From the NCBI GenBank assembly GCA_963727445.1, contig CAVSGI010000017.1:1-64000 (forward strand): DNA of 64,000 nucleotides, in the 5' to 3' direction. The notes beneath the pieces were generated by a model. That model was not told the origin of the DNA. It was given only the letters and a program-made list of their open reading frames with translations, and did not search any database. Shown here one piece after another: positions 47,730 through 57,962 of this stretch; within the stretch, counting starts at the first letter, position 1, and each line of letters starts with the position of its first letter. This stretch comes from an uncultured delta proteobacterium. Lineage in GTDB: Bacteria > Myxococcota_A > Polyangia > Polyangiales > B10-G4. A program made the translations under genes and the position numbers.

Positions 47730-48751
47730 GGCGGGCGGAAGGCGCGCTTTTCGTCTCGATCCTCGTATGCGCGTGCGGCAGCCGCACGGGCGTGCTGAGC
47801 ACCGACGACGCGCCCGCGGACGCGCGGGTGCGCGACGCGCGGATCGTCGACGCGGCCCCGACCGATGCCCGCGAGCCGCGCTGCGTGTGCGCCGGCGCGA
47901 TGCTCCTCGCCAGCTCGCCGACGCCCACCGCCATCGCTCTCGACGACGGTTACGTCTATTGGGCGAGCGCGCCCGGCGGCTGCGCCGAGGGCACGATCAA
48001 CCGCGTCCCGAAGTGCGGCGGACCGGTCGAAGAGATCGCAGCCCACGAGCCCAACCCGCGCGCCCTCGCCCTCGACGACGAGCGGGTCTACTTCTACGAC
48101 GCCTGCGGCAGCGGACGGCTGGCGAGCGCGCCCAAGGACGGGAGCATGACCACGATCTACCCGATCGGCGTGGAGGATTCGGGGCGGGCGATGGCCGTGG
48201 GGCCCGACCAGATCTACTTTTCGGACTACGGGCTGCTCGAAATCCCGAAGTCGGGCGGCATGCAGAGCACCATCGACGCAGCCGACTTCGTCTACGACAT
48301 CGAGACCGACGCGCGCGCGGTCTATTGGATTGGGCCCATCGGGGGCGGACCCCGCTTCGGCGTGTTCACGCACCTTCATGGCGCCGCCGATTTTTCGATG
48401 CTCGCCATGCCCGACGACGTCAGCAACGACCTCGCGCTCGACGACGACACGCTCTACTTCTTCGGCCGCGGCACCATCCAGCGCATGCCGAAGGCCGGAG
48501 GCCCGGTGGAGGCGGTGGCGGGCTCGAACCACGGCTGGAAGATGGCGACCGACGAGCGCTTCCTCTATTGGACGGTGGGCTTCTCCGGCGGAGGGGGCTA
48601 CACCGTCAACCGGATCGACAAGACGGGCGGCGAGGTCGTGGAGCTGGGCTCCGGTGAGGGGGCCTACGTCGACATCGCGGTGGACGATCGCTGCGTCTAC
48701 GTCGCGAATCTCTACGGCGACGAGATACGCAGCTTCCCGAAGTCTTTGTAA
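47726..48751 (+). CDS. Lipoprotein with beta-propeller (DUF5050-like) repeats
   Basis: MRRAEGALFVSILVCAC lipobox; repeats IALDDGYVYW..VPKCGG, LALDDERVYF..APKDG. Confidence 0.85.
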   Translation: MRRAEGALFVSILVCACGSRTGVLSTDDAPADARVRDARIVDAAPTDAREPRCVCAGAMLLASSPTPTAIALDDGYVYWASAPGGCAEGTINRVPKCGGPVEEIAAHEPNPRALALDDERVYFYDACGSGRLASAPKDGSMTTIYPIGVEDSGRAMAVGPDQIYFSDYGLLEIPKSGGMQSTIDAADFVYDIETDARAVYWIGPIGGGPRFGVFTHLHGAADFSMLAMPDDVSNDLALDDDTLYFFGRGTIQRMPKAGGPVEAVAGSNHGWKMATDERFLYWTVGFSGGGGYTVNRIDKTGGEVVELGSGEGAYVDIAVDDRCVYVANLYGDEIRSFPKSL

Positions 48752-48799
48752 ACGATGCGTTGGGCCGGAACCCGCAGCCGCTGGCGGTGTCCTTCTGGC

Positions 48800-49924
48800 G
48801 TGAAGGCCGCCTTGTCGCGCCTGTGGCTGCTCTCTGTCCTCGCGGCGTGCGCCGACGAGCCCGTGCCCCCGCCCGCGCCCCCCGCGGCTCCAGCCTCGAC
48901 GCCAGAGGCGCCGGAAGCGAGCGCGCTTGCGGAGCCGGAGCTCGACTATCGCACGGTGGTGATAGACGACGTCGGCAGCGACAGCGTCCCGCCCCGTCCG
49001 GTCGAGCTCTTCATCCCGATCGCACCCGCACCTCCGCGCGGCTTTCCCTTCGTGGTGGTCACCGACGGCGATCTGGCGGCGACCGACTTTCGGACGCACG
49101 AGGTGACGCGCAGGCTCTCGCGCGCCGGCGTCATCGATCCCATGGTGGTGATCGCGGTCCCTTCGCGGCAGGACCGCAACCGGGAGCTTTCGGTGCGGGC
49201 GGGCCTCTTCGTGGACTACCTCGCGGATGCGGTGGTGCCGCGCGCGGGCGCGGTTGTGGCCCTGGCCGACAGTGGAGCCATCCTGGGGTACAGCTTCGGC
49301 GGGCTCACCGCGGTTCGCGCCGGGCTCACGCGGCCCGATCGCTTCGACCGCGTCATCGCGATGTCACCCAGCCTGTGGTTCCGCCGGCGCGCCGCTCTCC
49401 GCCGTGCCCACGACGCGCCCGCCATCGCCGATCGCTTCTGGATCGACGTCGGGACGCGCGAGGGCAACCCGCGCGAGGTGGTCCCCTACATGGTCGCCGA
49501 CGCGCGACAGCTGCGCGACGACTTGATGCGGCGCGGCTTGTCGCTCGGCCGCGACCTCGGCTACTACGAAGCGCCCGGGCGCATGCACGCGATGGCGGAG
49601 GCGGGCGCGCGGATGGAGATGGCGCTTCGCTTCACCTTCGGGCCTCCGTGCGAGCCCACGAGCCTCGCCCTCATCCCCTTCGACGAAGCGCTCCCCGTCG
49701 GTCGCTCCGCCTCCGTCGCGGTCACGGCCCGCTGCGCGGACGGGCGCCCGACGACGGTGCCCAACGGCGAGGTCCGCTTCGCAGTCGAGGGCGGGGCCGC
49801 GACCATCGCCCACGACGGCGTCTGGCGGGCGCGGCGGCCGGGTCGCGCGCGTCTCGAGGCGCGTTACGAAGGCCTCACCGCCGACGTTGGGCTCCAGGTT
49901 CGACGCGCCCACGCGTCGCTGTGA
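48800..49924 (+). CDS. Alpha/beta hydrolase (putative esterase) lipoprotein with C-terminal Ig-like domain
   Basis: Lipobox LAAC; GYSFGG nucleophile elbow, MSPSLW, WIDVGTRE. Confidence 0.88.
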   Translation: MKAALSRLWLLSVLAACADEPVPPPAPPAAPASTPEAPEASALAEPELDYRTVVIDDVGSDSVPPRPVELFIPIAPAPPRGFPFVVVTDGDLAATDFRTHEVTRRLSRAGVIDPMVVIAVPSRQDRNRELSVRAGLFVDYLADAVVPRAGAVVALADSGAILGYSFGGLTAVRAGLTRPDRFDRVIAMSPSLWFRRRAALRRAHDAPAIADRFWIDVGTREGNPREVVPYMVADARQLRDDLMRRGLSLGRDLGYYEAPGRMHAMAEAGARMEMALRFTFGPPCEPTSLALIPFDEALPVGRSASVAVTARCADGRPTTVPNGEVRFAVEGGAATIAHDGVWRARRPGRARLEARYEGLTADVGLQVRRAHASL

Positions 49925-49932
49925 ACACGGGC

Positions 49933-50970
49933 TCAGGGCGTCGTCGCCACGACCTCGAGGGTGTAGGTGCCGCTCTCGTAATTGGTGGCCGACGCATGGA
50001 CGAAGGCGTCGACGCCGATCACGTAGCGGCCGGCGGGGAGGGCCGCGGCGGTCGAGGACTCGGTGTAGCCGGGTGGGCCGTTGTCGTAGCAGAGGAGCGC
50101 GTCGGGCGCGCCGCAGTCGGGCAGGATGTAGAAGGCCGGGTCGTAGTCCATGTCGGGCGCCACCGTGACCGTGACGTCGCGCGTGTCTTCGATGGTGAAG
50201 GCGTAGAAACGGTCGGGCAGATCGTAGGTCGAGGGGACGCCGGCGCAGCCGTCGTCGTTGCCCGAGCCCTCGGTGTCGCCCATCGCGGTGGCGATGAGCG
50301 TGTCGCCCTCCCCCGAAAAGACGAGGTCGGTGGCGTCGGCGCAGAGGTCGGCGCCCGGGCCGGAGGGAGTGGGCACGGGGACGAAGTCGAAGCCGACCTC
50401 CACCGCGCCGACGTCGACGTCGGAGAAGCCGTCCACCACGATGAAGAGCGGCACCGCCTCCTCGAGCTCGAGCGTGAGGCGAGAGGGGCCGCTCGACCCC
50501 CCGGCGTCGTCGTTGCACGCGAGCTCTTCGCCGTCGCCGGCGCAGCCGCTCCGCACGTAGACGATGGTGTCCATGAAGGGATTGGTCCCCGGCAGATCGG
50601 TGCGGACCGTGAACACCCCGGGCCCCGGCGGCGTGTAGGTGAAGACGAAGTCCGGCGTGACGGATGCGCTCGAGACGGCGCACGCGGTCGACGGGCGCGC
50701 GTGATCGACGAGCGTCGAGCGGGTGTCGAGGAGCTCGGTGGCGGGGACCGCCTCCAGTGTCTGGACCTCGCCCGCGCCGTTGCAGTAGCCATTTCGTGGG
50801 GGAAGCTCGCCCTCGTAGGTGCTCGTCACCGGACCCATCACGAAGGCCGAGTCCATCGCGCCGCCGTCGGGGGACGCGTCCGGGAGCGGCATGCCGACGT
50901 CGTCCGAGCAGGCGGCGAGAGCGAGCGCCGCGAGGACCGGCGCGACGGCGCGTGCTGGCGCCCCCCTCAC
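49933..50970 (-). CDS. Lipoprotein with two PPC-like beta-sandwich domains
   Basis: Lipobox LAAC; DTIVYVRSGC...ELACNDD...FIVVDGF and DPAFYI..C..LLCYD...YVIGVD. Confidence 0.82.
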   Translation of the reverse strand: MRGAPARAVAPVLAALALAACSDDVGMPLPDASPDGGAMDSAFVMGPVTSTYEGELPPRNGYCNGAGEVQTLEAVPATELLDTRSTLVDHARPSTACAVSSASVTPDFVFTYTPPGPGVFTVRTDLPGTNPFMDTIVYVRSGCAGDGEELACNDDAGGSSGPSRLTLELEEAVPLFIVVDGFSDVDVGAVEVGFDFVPVPTPSGPGADLCADATDLVFSGEGDTLIATAMGDTEGSGNDDGCAGVPSTYDLPDRFYAFTIEDTRDVTVTVAPDMDYDPAFYILPDCGAPDALLCYDNGPPGYTESSTAAALPAGRYVIGVDAFVHASATNYESGTYTLEVVATTP

Positions 50971-53444
50971 GGCATCTCTCCGCCGGTCGAGTCGAGGATG
51001 GCGCCGCGCGAGGGCACGGGGAGCGAAGACGAGTCGAGGTTGGTGCCGTTGTCCTCGTAGCGAACGCCGTCGCTCAGCCGGTCGAAGTCGTAACCGTCGA
51101 CGTCCACGCTCGCGCCGATCGGAGAGCCCCGAACGATTCCTTCGCTGAGATCGAGCGAGCCGTCGTTCGCGACCTGGACTCCCGCCAGGACGTTGTCTTC
51201 GATCAAGAAGCGACGCACCGAGACGGCGGCGAGCTCGTAAGCGCCGAGGCCGATGCCCGCCGGGTTACAGCCATCCGGAGCGCAGGCCGTTTCGATCGTC
51301 GTCCGGATCACCACGTCCTCGAGGTCGAGGACGGTTCCCATGTCGAAGGCGACCACCCCCGTCTCACGATTGTTCTCGAAGAGCAGACGCTCCCCTCGGA
51401 CGGTGGCCGTGCCGTAGATCGCGAGCCCGCGGCCACCCAGCCGTGAGCTGCCGTCGTCCTGGGTGTCCCGGATCTCGATGTCGCTCAAGGTGAAGATCCG
51501 TGCCGGGGCTCACGACGATGGCCGCGTCGCGGTTGTCGACGAGGCGCGCGCGCTCGAGCACCAGGGTCGCCCCGGGCTCGAGGTCGATGCCGCGACCCGC
51601 CTTCGTCTCGTCGAGAGGACCGCGAATCCAGGACTGTGTGCTCTCGACCAACAAATCCCGAAAACGGGCGAGCGTGCCCTCGTCGAGGAGCGCCATTCCG
51701 AGGCCTTGGCTCTCATGCACCTCACAGCGGGTGAGGTCGACGAAGGCGCCCGCCTGGGCGTGAACACCGATGCCCATCCCCAGGAGCGCACCGGCCTCGG
51801 CCGCCTGGATCCGCTCCAGCACCACGTCCGATCCCACGACGGACGCGCGGCGCGAAGCGACGAAGATGCCATCCGCCACGACGTCCGAGACGTGCACGCG
51901 GCGGAGCATGAGCTTGGCGCCCGACTGAACGGCGAGACCGCGACCAAACGCTCCGAGCGCCGTGGTGACGTTCGCGACGCGCACGTCCTCGAGGCGCAGC
52001 TGCCCCTGAGGATCGGTCGTCATGAAGCCCACGAGGTGCACGTCCCTCACCAGCGCGCGCTTGACGGCGACGTGGGAGCTGCCCGCAATCATCCCCAGGC
52101 CGTCGCTGGCGTTGATGTTCTCGACGCCGAGGATGCGGAGGTCTTCGATGTAGCCCGAGCTCTGGAAGACGGTGACGCCGGAGCTCTGCGCCCCCTCGAT
52201 CGCGAGGCCGAGGGCTTCGACGTGGGCGTCGAAGGCGATGAGCATCGCGCCGACCGAATTCGCCATCGCCTCCACACCGGCGTCGATGATCGCCACGTCG
52301 CGGAGCGCGAGCTCGCTCCCGTAGTCGACGACGCCGTGACCGCCCGCGCCCACCACCGCCAGGCGCTCCGCGTGAAGCGTCGCGCCTTCGTCGGCGTAGA
52401 TCCCCGCGGCGAGCGGATCGCCGCTCCGAACACCGTCCACCAGCAGGTCGCTGAGCTCGACGCTGCTGGCTTCTCCGACCACCGAGACCCCTCGCAGCGT
52501 GGCGCCAGCGATCAAGGACTCGGTGACGGTCGCCGAGCCGGCCGTGACCGACAACGCGGTCTCGCCGCCGATGAGCGCGCTGCGATCGAGGGTCGCGCTG
52601 CCGCCGCCGGCGACGCTGAGCTCGACCCCCGCGCCGTGCACCTCGGACGCCATCAGCGTGCCTGTCACGCGCGCGCCGCCATCTCGAAGCCCGACGCGTT
52701 CGAGGGTCAGCGCACCTTCGACCGTGAGATCCCCCGCACCTCGGAGGTGCGCATCGTGAGAGAACCGGCGGCCCCGACCGCGAGGCTCGTGGCGCCTCCC
52801 TCAATCGACACGCTCTGAACGCTGGCGCCGGTGCCATCGACGTTCAGGGTGGCGACGTCGCTCGGCGCGGTGAGGATCGTCTGTTCGGGGCACACCCCGA
52901 CGAGCGAGACGCCAGCGGGGAGCGTGACACCGCCGGTGTGCGTCCCGACGGAGAGCGCGATCGTGGTCCCGTCGGTCGCGTCCGTCAGCGCTTCTGTGAG
53001 CGTCCCGAAGGGCGAGCCGCGCGAGCCGTCGCCGCTCGTCGCGCCAGGCCGAACGAAGAGGAGCGTGCCGCCGGCGGGGAGGTCGTCGGGGAATCCATCG
53101 CTGGTCGTGCACGACGCGAGGGGCGTGCACGCATCCTCGCCGGGCACACGCACACCGCCGGGATCGCAGGCCGCGAAGGCCGCGCCCGTCGGAACGCACC
53201 AGGTCGCGCCGCCCTCTCGCTCCGAACGCGTGGTTTCCCAGCCCATCGGGCAGGGGCCCATGTCGACCACCGCGGCGTCGGCGGGGGGTTCGGGACTCTC
53301 GACCGGCGCCGGCGGCAGCGGGGTCGAGGGGCCCCCGGGACCTGCATCGGCGTCGGGCGACGCGTCGGGCAGGACCATCGCGCCGTCGTCCCCGCACCCC
53401 GTCGCCACGGCGAAGAGAAGAACGACGAGGTGAGACCGGCCCAT
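50967..53444 (-). CDS. Parallel beta-helix lipoprotein, paralog of 24420-26504 (frameshifts near 52700 and 51490)
   Basis: Lipobox ATGC; LFVRPGATSGDGSRGSPF; shared C-terminus DRLSDGVRYEDNGTNLDSSSLPVP. Confidence 0.85.
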
Positions 53445-53504
53445 CGACCGGATGATACCGGTCCAGATGCGTGATGCGCAGCCCCCGATGCGAGCGTCGT
53501 GATG

Positions 53505-54521
53505 CTACGCGCTCCTCAGAAGGAGCGTGACCCGCGCCCCGCCTTCGGGGCGGTTGGAGATCGAAAGGCGCCCATCGTGGGCCTCGACGATCTGCTTCGC
53601 GGTAGGCAGCCCCAATCCAGCACGGCGGGCACCGGTCGTGAAGAACGGCTCGAAGACCCGGGGCAAGACCTCGGCTGGGATGCCTGGACCGGTGTCGTCG
53701 ATGGTCACGATCGCCAGGCCTTCGTGCGTCCGGTGGGTGACCGTGACGCGTCCCCCTTCCCCGCAGGCCTGCGCCGCGTTGAGCAACAAATCGGACAAGA
53801 GCACGCCGAGAAGGCGCGGGTCTGCTCGCACCTCGGTGGGCTCGCCGGTCACCGTGATCTCGACGCCCGCGACCGCAGGATCGCTGGCGATGAGTTGGCG
53901 GGCGTGGCTGAGGCACGAGGAAAGAGACAGCGTCTGAAAGTGTGGCTTCGTGGGTCTGGCGTAGCGCACGACGCGATCGATCAACGCGTCGAGCTCGCCG
54001 ATCCGATTGGTGATGGTGTGGAGGATCTCCTGCTCCGCCGCGTGCGCGGGCAGGCGATCACGGATGATGTCCGCCGCACCCCGGATCCCCGCGAGGGGAT
54101 TCTTGACCTCGTGTGCGATCAGCGACGCCAGCGCCCCGAGATGCGCGCTCGCCACCTCGCCGTCCGCCGGCGGATCGTCGTCCACCGACCGCCTGTCTGT
54201 CGCCACGATCCAGAGGCGCTGGGCGGGCGCGGGTTCGGCGGCGGTCGTCATCGCAACCACCAGATGTCCACAGACGGTGCTCCCGTCCTTCTTGACGAAG
54301 GTCGCCACGCCCGCCTCGGGCGCGAGCGCCACCGGGAGCGAGATGGTGAGGACGCTTTCATCTACGAGCTCCGTCCCCGCCGCGTATCCGAGGAATTCCG
54401 CGAACGCTCCGTTCGCGTAGACGATTCGGTCGTCGCCGCCGATGACGGCGATGGCCAGAGCCAGAGCTTCGAAAGCAGCGTACGTTGAAAGACGACTCGA
54501 CATCCGACTCACGACCTGCAT
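53505..54521 (-). CDS. Cytoplasmic PAS sensor histidine kinase (NtrB-like)
   Basis: IVYANGAFAEFLGY (PAS), AHEVKNPL, LLLNAAQA, DTGPGI, FEPFFTT, GLGL; no TM; start uncertain. Confidence 0.92.
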   Translation of the reverse strand: MQVVSRMSSRLSTYAAFEALALAIAVIGGDDRIVYANGAFAEFLGYAAGTELVDESVLTISLPVALAPEAGVATFVKKDGSTVCGHLVVAMTTAAEPAPAQRLWIVATDRRSVDDDPPADGEVASAHLGALASLIAHEVKNPLAGIRGAADIIRDRLPAHAAEQEILHTITNRIGELDALIDRVVRYARPTKPHFQTLSLSSCLSHARQLIASDPAVAGVEITVTGEPTEVRADPRLLGVLLSDLLLNAAQACGEGGRVTVTHRTHEGLAIVTIDDTGPGIPAEVLPRVFEPFFTTGARRAGLGLPTAKQIVEAHDGRLSISNRPEGGARVTLLLRSA

Positions 54522-54616
54522 GGGCGCCTCGTTGCGCGAAAAATGCGCCGCTCGTTGCGCGTGCACGCGGGAGCGCGGGGACTATGTACACTCGCCTGGG
54601 GGGTTTGCACACTCGG

Positions 54617-56038
54617 ATGGAAGAGGCTGCTGCTCGAAACGATGAGGGCGGCGTCCGGAAGCTTCGGCGCTCGGCAACGATCCTCGTCGTCGACGACGAG
54701 GAGCTGATCCGTTGGTCGCTCCGCCAGCGCCTCGAGGAGGAGGGGTTCGATGTGATCGAGGCGGCCGACGGCGCGAGCGCGCTCGGTCTCTTCGACGCCG
54801 GTGTGGACCTCGTCCTTCTCGACTACAAACTGCCGGACACGGATGGGCTCGTGCTGCTCTCGGTGATGAAGGAGCACGACGAAGACGTTCCGGTCGTCCT
54901 TCTGACGGCGTTCTCTTCGATCGAGCGCGCTGTGGATGCCATGCGGCAAGGAGCGTTTCATTTCGTAGCCAAGCCTTTCGATGTCGACGAGGTGGTGGCC
55001 ATCGCCGAGCGAGCCCTCGAGACCACCGCGCTGCGGCGCGAGGTGCGACGTCTGCGGGGACAGCGAAACGAAAATAGCCTCGCGTCCATCGTGGGCGAGT
55101 CGCCCGCCATGCGAGAGGTCAAACGGTTGCTCGCGAGATTCGCGAGCAGCGCCGGTGGAACGATCCTGCTCACCGGCGAGAGCGGGACAGGCAAGGACCT
55201 CGCCGCACACGCCTGCCACGCCGCCAGCCTGCGCGCGGACGGTCCGTTCCTCAACATCACCTGCTCCGCCCTTCCCGAGGCGCTCCTCGAGAGCGAGCTC
55301 TTCGGCCACGAGCGAGGAGCGTTCACCGACGCCCGCCAGCAGAAGAAGGGGTTGCTCGAGGAGGCCGACACCGGAACCGTTTTCCTGGACGAGATCGGCG
55401 AGATGACCCCGGCGCTTCAGGCGAAGCTGCTGCGCTTCCTGGAGGAGCACACCTTTCGGCGGGTGGGCGGCTCCGCGGAGATACAGCCGAACGTCCGCGT
55501 GATCGCCGCGACCAACCGCGATCTGGCCGACATGGTCGAGAAGGGCACCTTCCGCGAAGATCTCTACTACCGACTGACGGTTCTCCACGTCCACCTTCCA
55601 CCGCTCCGCGAGCGCCGGGAGGACATCGCTCCACTGGCGCGGCTCTTCGTCGACCGATTCAACCGCGAGCTCGGCAAGCGCGTATGCAAGCTCAGCGCCA
55701 AGGCGCTGACCGAGCTGGAGACGTACCCCTGGCCCGGCAACATCCGGGAGCTGCGCAATGCGGTCGAGCGGGCGGTGCTGCTGGCAGAGGGCGACGTCCT
55801 CGAGCCCTCGGACTTCTCGGCCATGCATCGAAGCGAACGGCCGCGCGCGTCCTCCGCCCTGGAGCTGCCCGCCGAAGGCGTCGACCTCGCCGAGCTCGAG
55901 CGGAGCTTCGTCGTGCAGGCGCTCGAGCGCACCGGTGGCAACCAGAGCCGCGCCGCGCGCCTCTTGGGGATCAACCGGGACCAGATCCGCTACCGGATCG
56001 AAAAGTACGGTCTCCGGGACACGTTGCCCAAGAGCTGA
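54617..56038 (+). CDS. NtrC/AtoC-family sigma54-dependent response regulator
   Basis: REC (VVDDE, LLDYKLP), GESGTGKD, GAFTDA, FLDEIGE, WPGNIREL, Fis-HTH GNQSRAARLLGI. Confidence 0.95.
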   Translation: MEEAAARNDEGGVRKLRRSATILVVDDEELIRWSLRQRLEEEGFDVIEAADGASALGLFDAGVDLVLLDYKLPDTDGLVLLSVMKEHDEDVPVVLLTAFSSIERAVDAMRQGAFHFVAKPFDVDEVVAIAERALETTALRREVRRLRGQRNENSLASIVGESPAMREVKRLLARFASSAGGTILLTGESGTGKDLAAHACHAASLRADGPFLNITCSALPEALLESELFGHERGAFTDARQQKKGLLEEADTGTVFLDEIGEMTPALQAKLLRFLEEHTFRRVGGSAEIQPNVRVIAATNRDLADMVEKGTFREDLYYRLTVLHVHLPPLRERREDIAPLARLFVDRFNRELGKRVCKLSAKALTELETYPWPGNIRELRNAVERAVLLAEGDVLEPSDFSAMHRSERPRASSALELPAEGVDLAELERSFVVQALERTGGNQSRAARLLGINRDQIRYRIEKYGLRDTLPKS

Positions 56039-56047
56039 ACCCGCCGG

Positions 56048-56497
56048 TCAACCAGCCCGCGCCTCCTGGTCCTCGCCGGGGGCGGAGGCCTCCTGGGTGC
56101 GCGCCGATGGCACGTTCAGGCAACCACGGAAGGCGTGTTTCAGCGCAATCTCGAGCGCGTCGATGGGCAGAGGCTTTGCGTGGATGGATGTGAAGAGCGC
56201 GCAGTCCGCGGGTTGGAGCTTCTCGAGCGCACCGGTGACGAGGAGCATCGGTGGCGCGGCTGCGCCACGCCGCTCAGCGACCCGCCGCGCCAGGGCGACG
56301 CCCGACATCCGCGGCATCTGGAAATCGAGGATCAAGGCATCCACGTGTTCGAGGGGCAGGTTCTCCGCAGCGATCTCCGGATCGTCGAAGAGGATGACGC
56401 GATGTCCGAGGCTCGCGAGGAGCCGCCCCGTGGATCGGAGGACCAGCCCGTTGTCATCCACCACCGCGATGACGCGGGATTCGGCAACCTGCTTCAT
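56048..56497 (-). CDS. Single-domain response regulator (REC)
   Basis: VVDDN, ILDFQMPRMSG, VTG, AKP. Confidence 0.9.
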   Translation of the reverse strand: MKQVAESRVIAVVDDNGLVLRSTGRLLASLGHRVILFDDPEIAAENLPLEHVDALILDFQMPRMSGVALARRVAERRGAAAPPMLLVTGALEKLQPADCALFTSIHAKPLPIDALEIALKHAFRGCLNVPSARTQEASAPGEDQEARAG

Positions 56498-56509
56498 GTG
56501 AACACGGCG

Positions 56510-56525
56510 AGCAAGGTTCGTGCCC
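56510..56525 (-). promoter_or_regulatory. sigma54 promoter
   Basis: Minus strand GGGCACGAACCTTGCT, near-consensus -24/-12. Confidence 0.75.
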
Positions 56526-56564
56526 TGTGCAGAGTGGGCGCCGTTCGCGGACCACTCGCGGGGG

Positions 56565-56602
56565 GTGGGAAAGATCCCCCCATGGAGGGGAGAATCCCCC
56601 AC
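56565..56602. promoter_or_regulatory. Tandem 18-bp imperfect palindromes, putative enhancer (UAS)
   Basis: GTGGGAAAGATCCCCCCA (56565-56582) and GAGGGGAGAATCCCCCAC (56585-56602). Confidence 0.65.
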
Positions 56603-56636
56603 CTCCCGTGGCGCACGCGCGGCCACCTCGCTGAGC

Positions 56637-57962
56637 CTACCGAGCGAGCTTCCTGAGTCGTCGCGGAGCTCCTCCGCCCGCGCCGGCGCGAAGCAGCGCC
56701 AGCATCTCGCCAATTGGCAGCGTGTTGATGACGTCCTGGGCCTCTGCCCACCCCCGTCGCGCCCTTTGGAGACCGTAGGTCTCGACGTAACGGAGCTCTT
56801 CGACATCGTGAGCGTCGGAGCCGATGGCGATTCGCACGCCGGCCTCGACGGCGCGGCGGATCGACGGGGCCGGCAGATCGAGGCGGTGGGGCTGGGAGCT
56901 CAGCTCGAGCACCGTCCCTGTGCGCGCGCAAGCGGCGAGGAGCGCGGTGAAGTCGATGTCGGCGGGGCGGTGCGCGCGGAGCGATCGATTGGTCGGATGA
57001 AACAACACGTGAACGTCGGGGTTTTCGACCGCGCCAACGAGTCGTCGCGTCATCTCGTGGCGCGGCTGGTCGACGTGCGAGTGAACGGCGGCGCCGACGA
57101 TGTCGAGCTCTGCCAGCGGGGCATCTTCGGCTTCGAGACTCCCGTCGGGGCGAACGTCGACCTTGGCGCCGGCGAGGACGGCGATCCCGGAGGTGCCGCG
57201 ATCCACTTCGCGAATGGCGGCGAGCCGCTCGCGAAGGCCGTGCGCATCCATCCCCGCGGTCACTGGAAGGCTGATCACGACGTACTCGCGCCCCAGATCC
57301 CGAGCTGCCTGAGCCATGGCCTCGATCGACGCGGGCTGATTCTTCCAATCCGCATGGACCTGGAGGTCTCCACGTATGTCGAAGGCGCGAACGAAGTCCG
57401 GGAGTCGACCTTGAATCGCGAGCTCCACCTCGCCGGTGTCCTCGCGCACCTCGGGCGGGACGAAGCTCATCCCCAGCGCGGCGTAGACCCCCTCCTCGGT
57501 ACGACCGGCGACCGGAAGCGTGCCACGAAAGAGGCCGTACTCGTTGAGCACCAGGCCCTTCCGTCGTGCGATCTTCCGAAGCGCGACGTCGTGGCCCCTG
57601 CTGCCGGTGAAATGCACGAGCGCGGCGCCGAAGCTCTCCGGCCGCACGGCCCAGAGGACGCCGTCGAGCCCATGGCTCAGGCGCACCCGGGTCATGGTCG
57701 GGCTCCGGGCGAGCACGCTCTGCACCTCCGGCAGCGCGGCGAACGTGTTCGCGACGCGCCTGAAATCGTTCGTCGCGACCAGCAGGTCGATGTCGCCGAT
57801 CGTGTCGCGGCGCCGGCGTATCGATCCGACGATCGCGGCCGCCTGCACCCCGCGCACCTTCGCCAGGGAAGCCTCGAGCGCCCGGGCCACATCCATGACG
57901 TCGCCCAATGGTCTGCGGGTATCGTCGGAGTCAATCGATGATTCGTCGTGCACGGACGTCAC
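56637..57962 (-). CDS. polX: N-terminally truncated, catalytically degenerate PolX-PHP protein
   Basis: VGSIRRRRDTIGDIDLL, FGAALVHFTGS, LNEYGLF, PPEVRE, GDLQVH, GSDAH, ARRGW; HhH/8-kDa N-terminus missing. Confidence 0.88.
   Translation of the reverse strand: MTSVHDESSIDSDDTRRPLGDVMDVARALEASLAKVRGVQAAAIVGSIRRRRDTIGDIDLLVATNDFRRVANTFAALPEVQSVLARSPTMTRVRLSHGLDGVLWAVRPESFGAALVHFTGSRGHDVALRKIARRKGLVLNEYGLFRGTLPVAGRTEEGVYAALGMSFVPPEVREDTGEVELAIQGRLPDFVRAFDIRGDLQVHADWKNQPASIEAMAQAARDLGREYVVISLPVTAGMDAHGLRERLAAIREVDRGTSGIAVLAGAKVDVRPDGSLEAEDAPLAELDIVGAAVHSHVDQPRHEMTRRLVGAVENPDVHVLFHPTNRSLRAHRPADIDFTALLAACARTGTVLELSSQPHRLDLPAPSIRRAVEAGVRIAIGSDAHDVEELRYVETYGLQRARRGWAEAQDVINTLPIGEMLALLRAGAGGGAPRRLRKLAR

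Noticed and set aside
46901..48751. P-type ATPase C-terminus fused to a beta-propeller (616-aa ORF)
   Set aside because: Artefact of a frameshift near 47590; the ATPase ends at TGA 47729 and the lipoprotein has its own RBS, ATG 47726 and lipobox
54590..54610. sigma54 promoter for the NtrC-family gene
   Set aside because: TTGCA is present but the bases at the -24 position are CC, not GG
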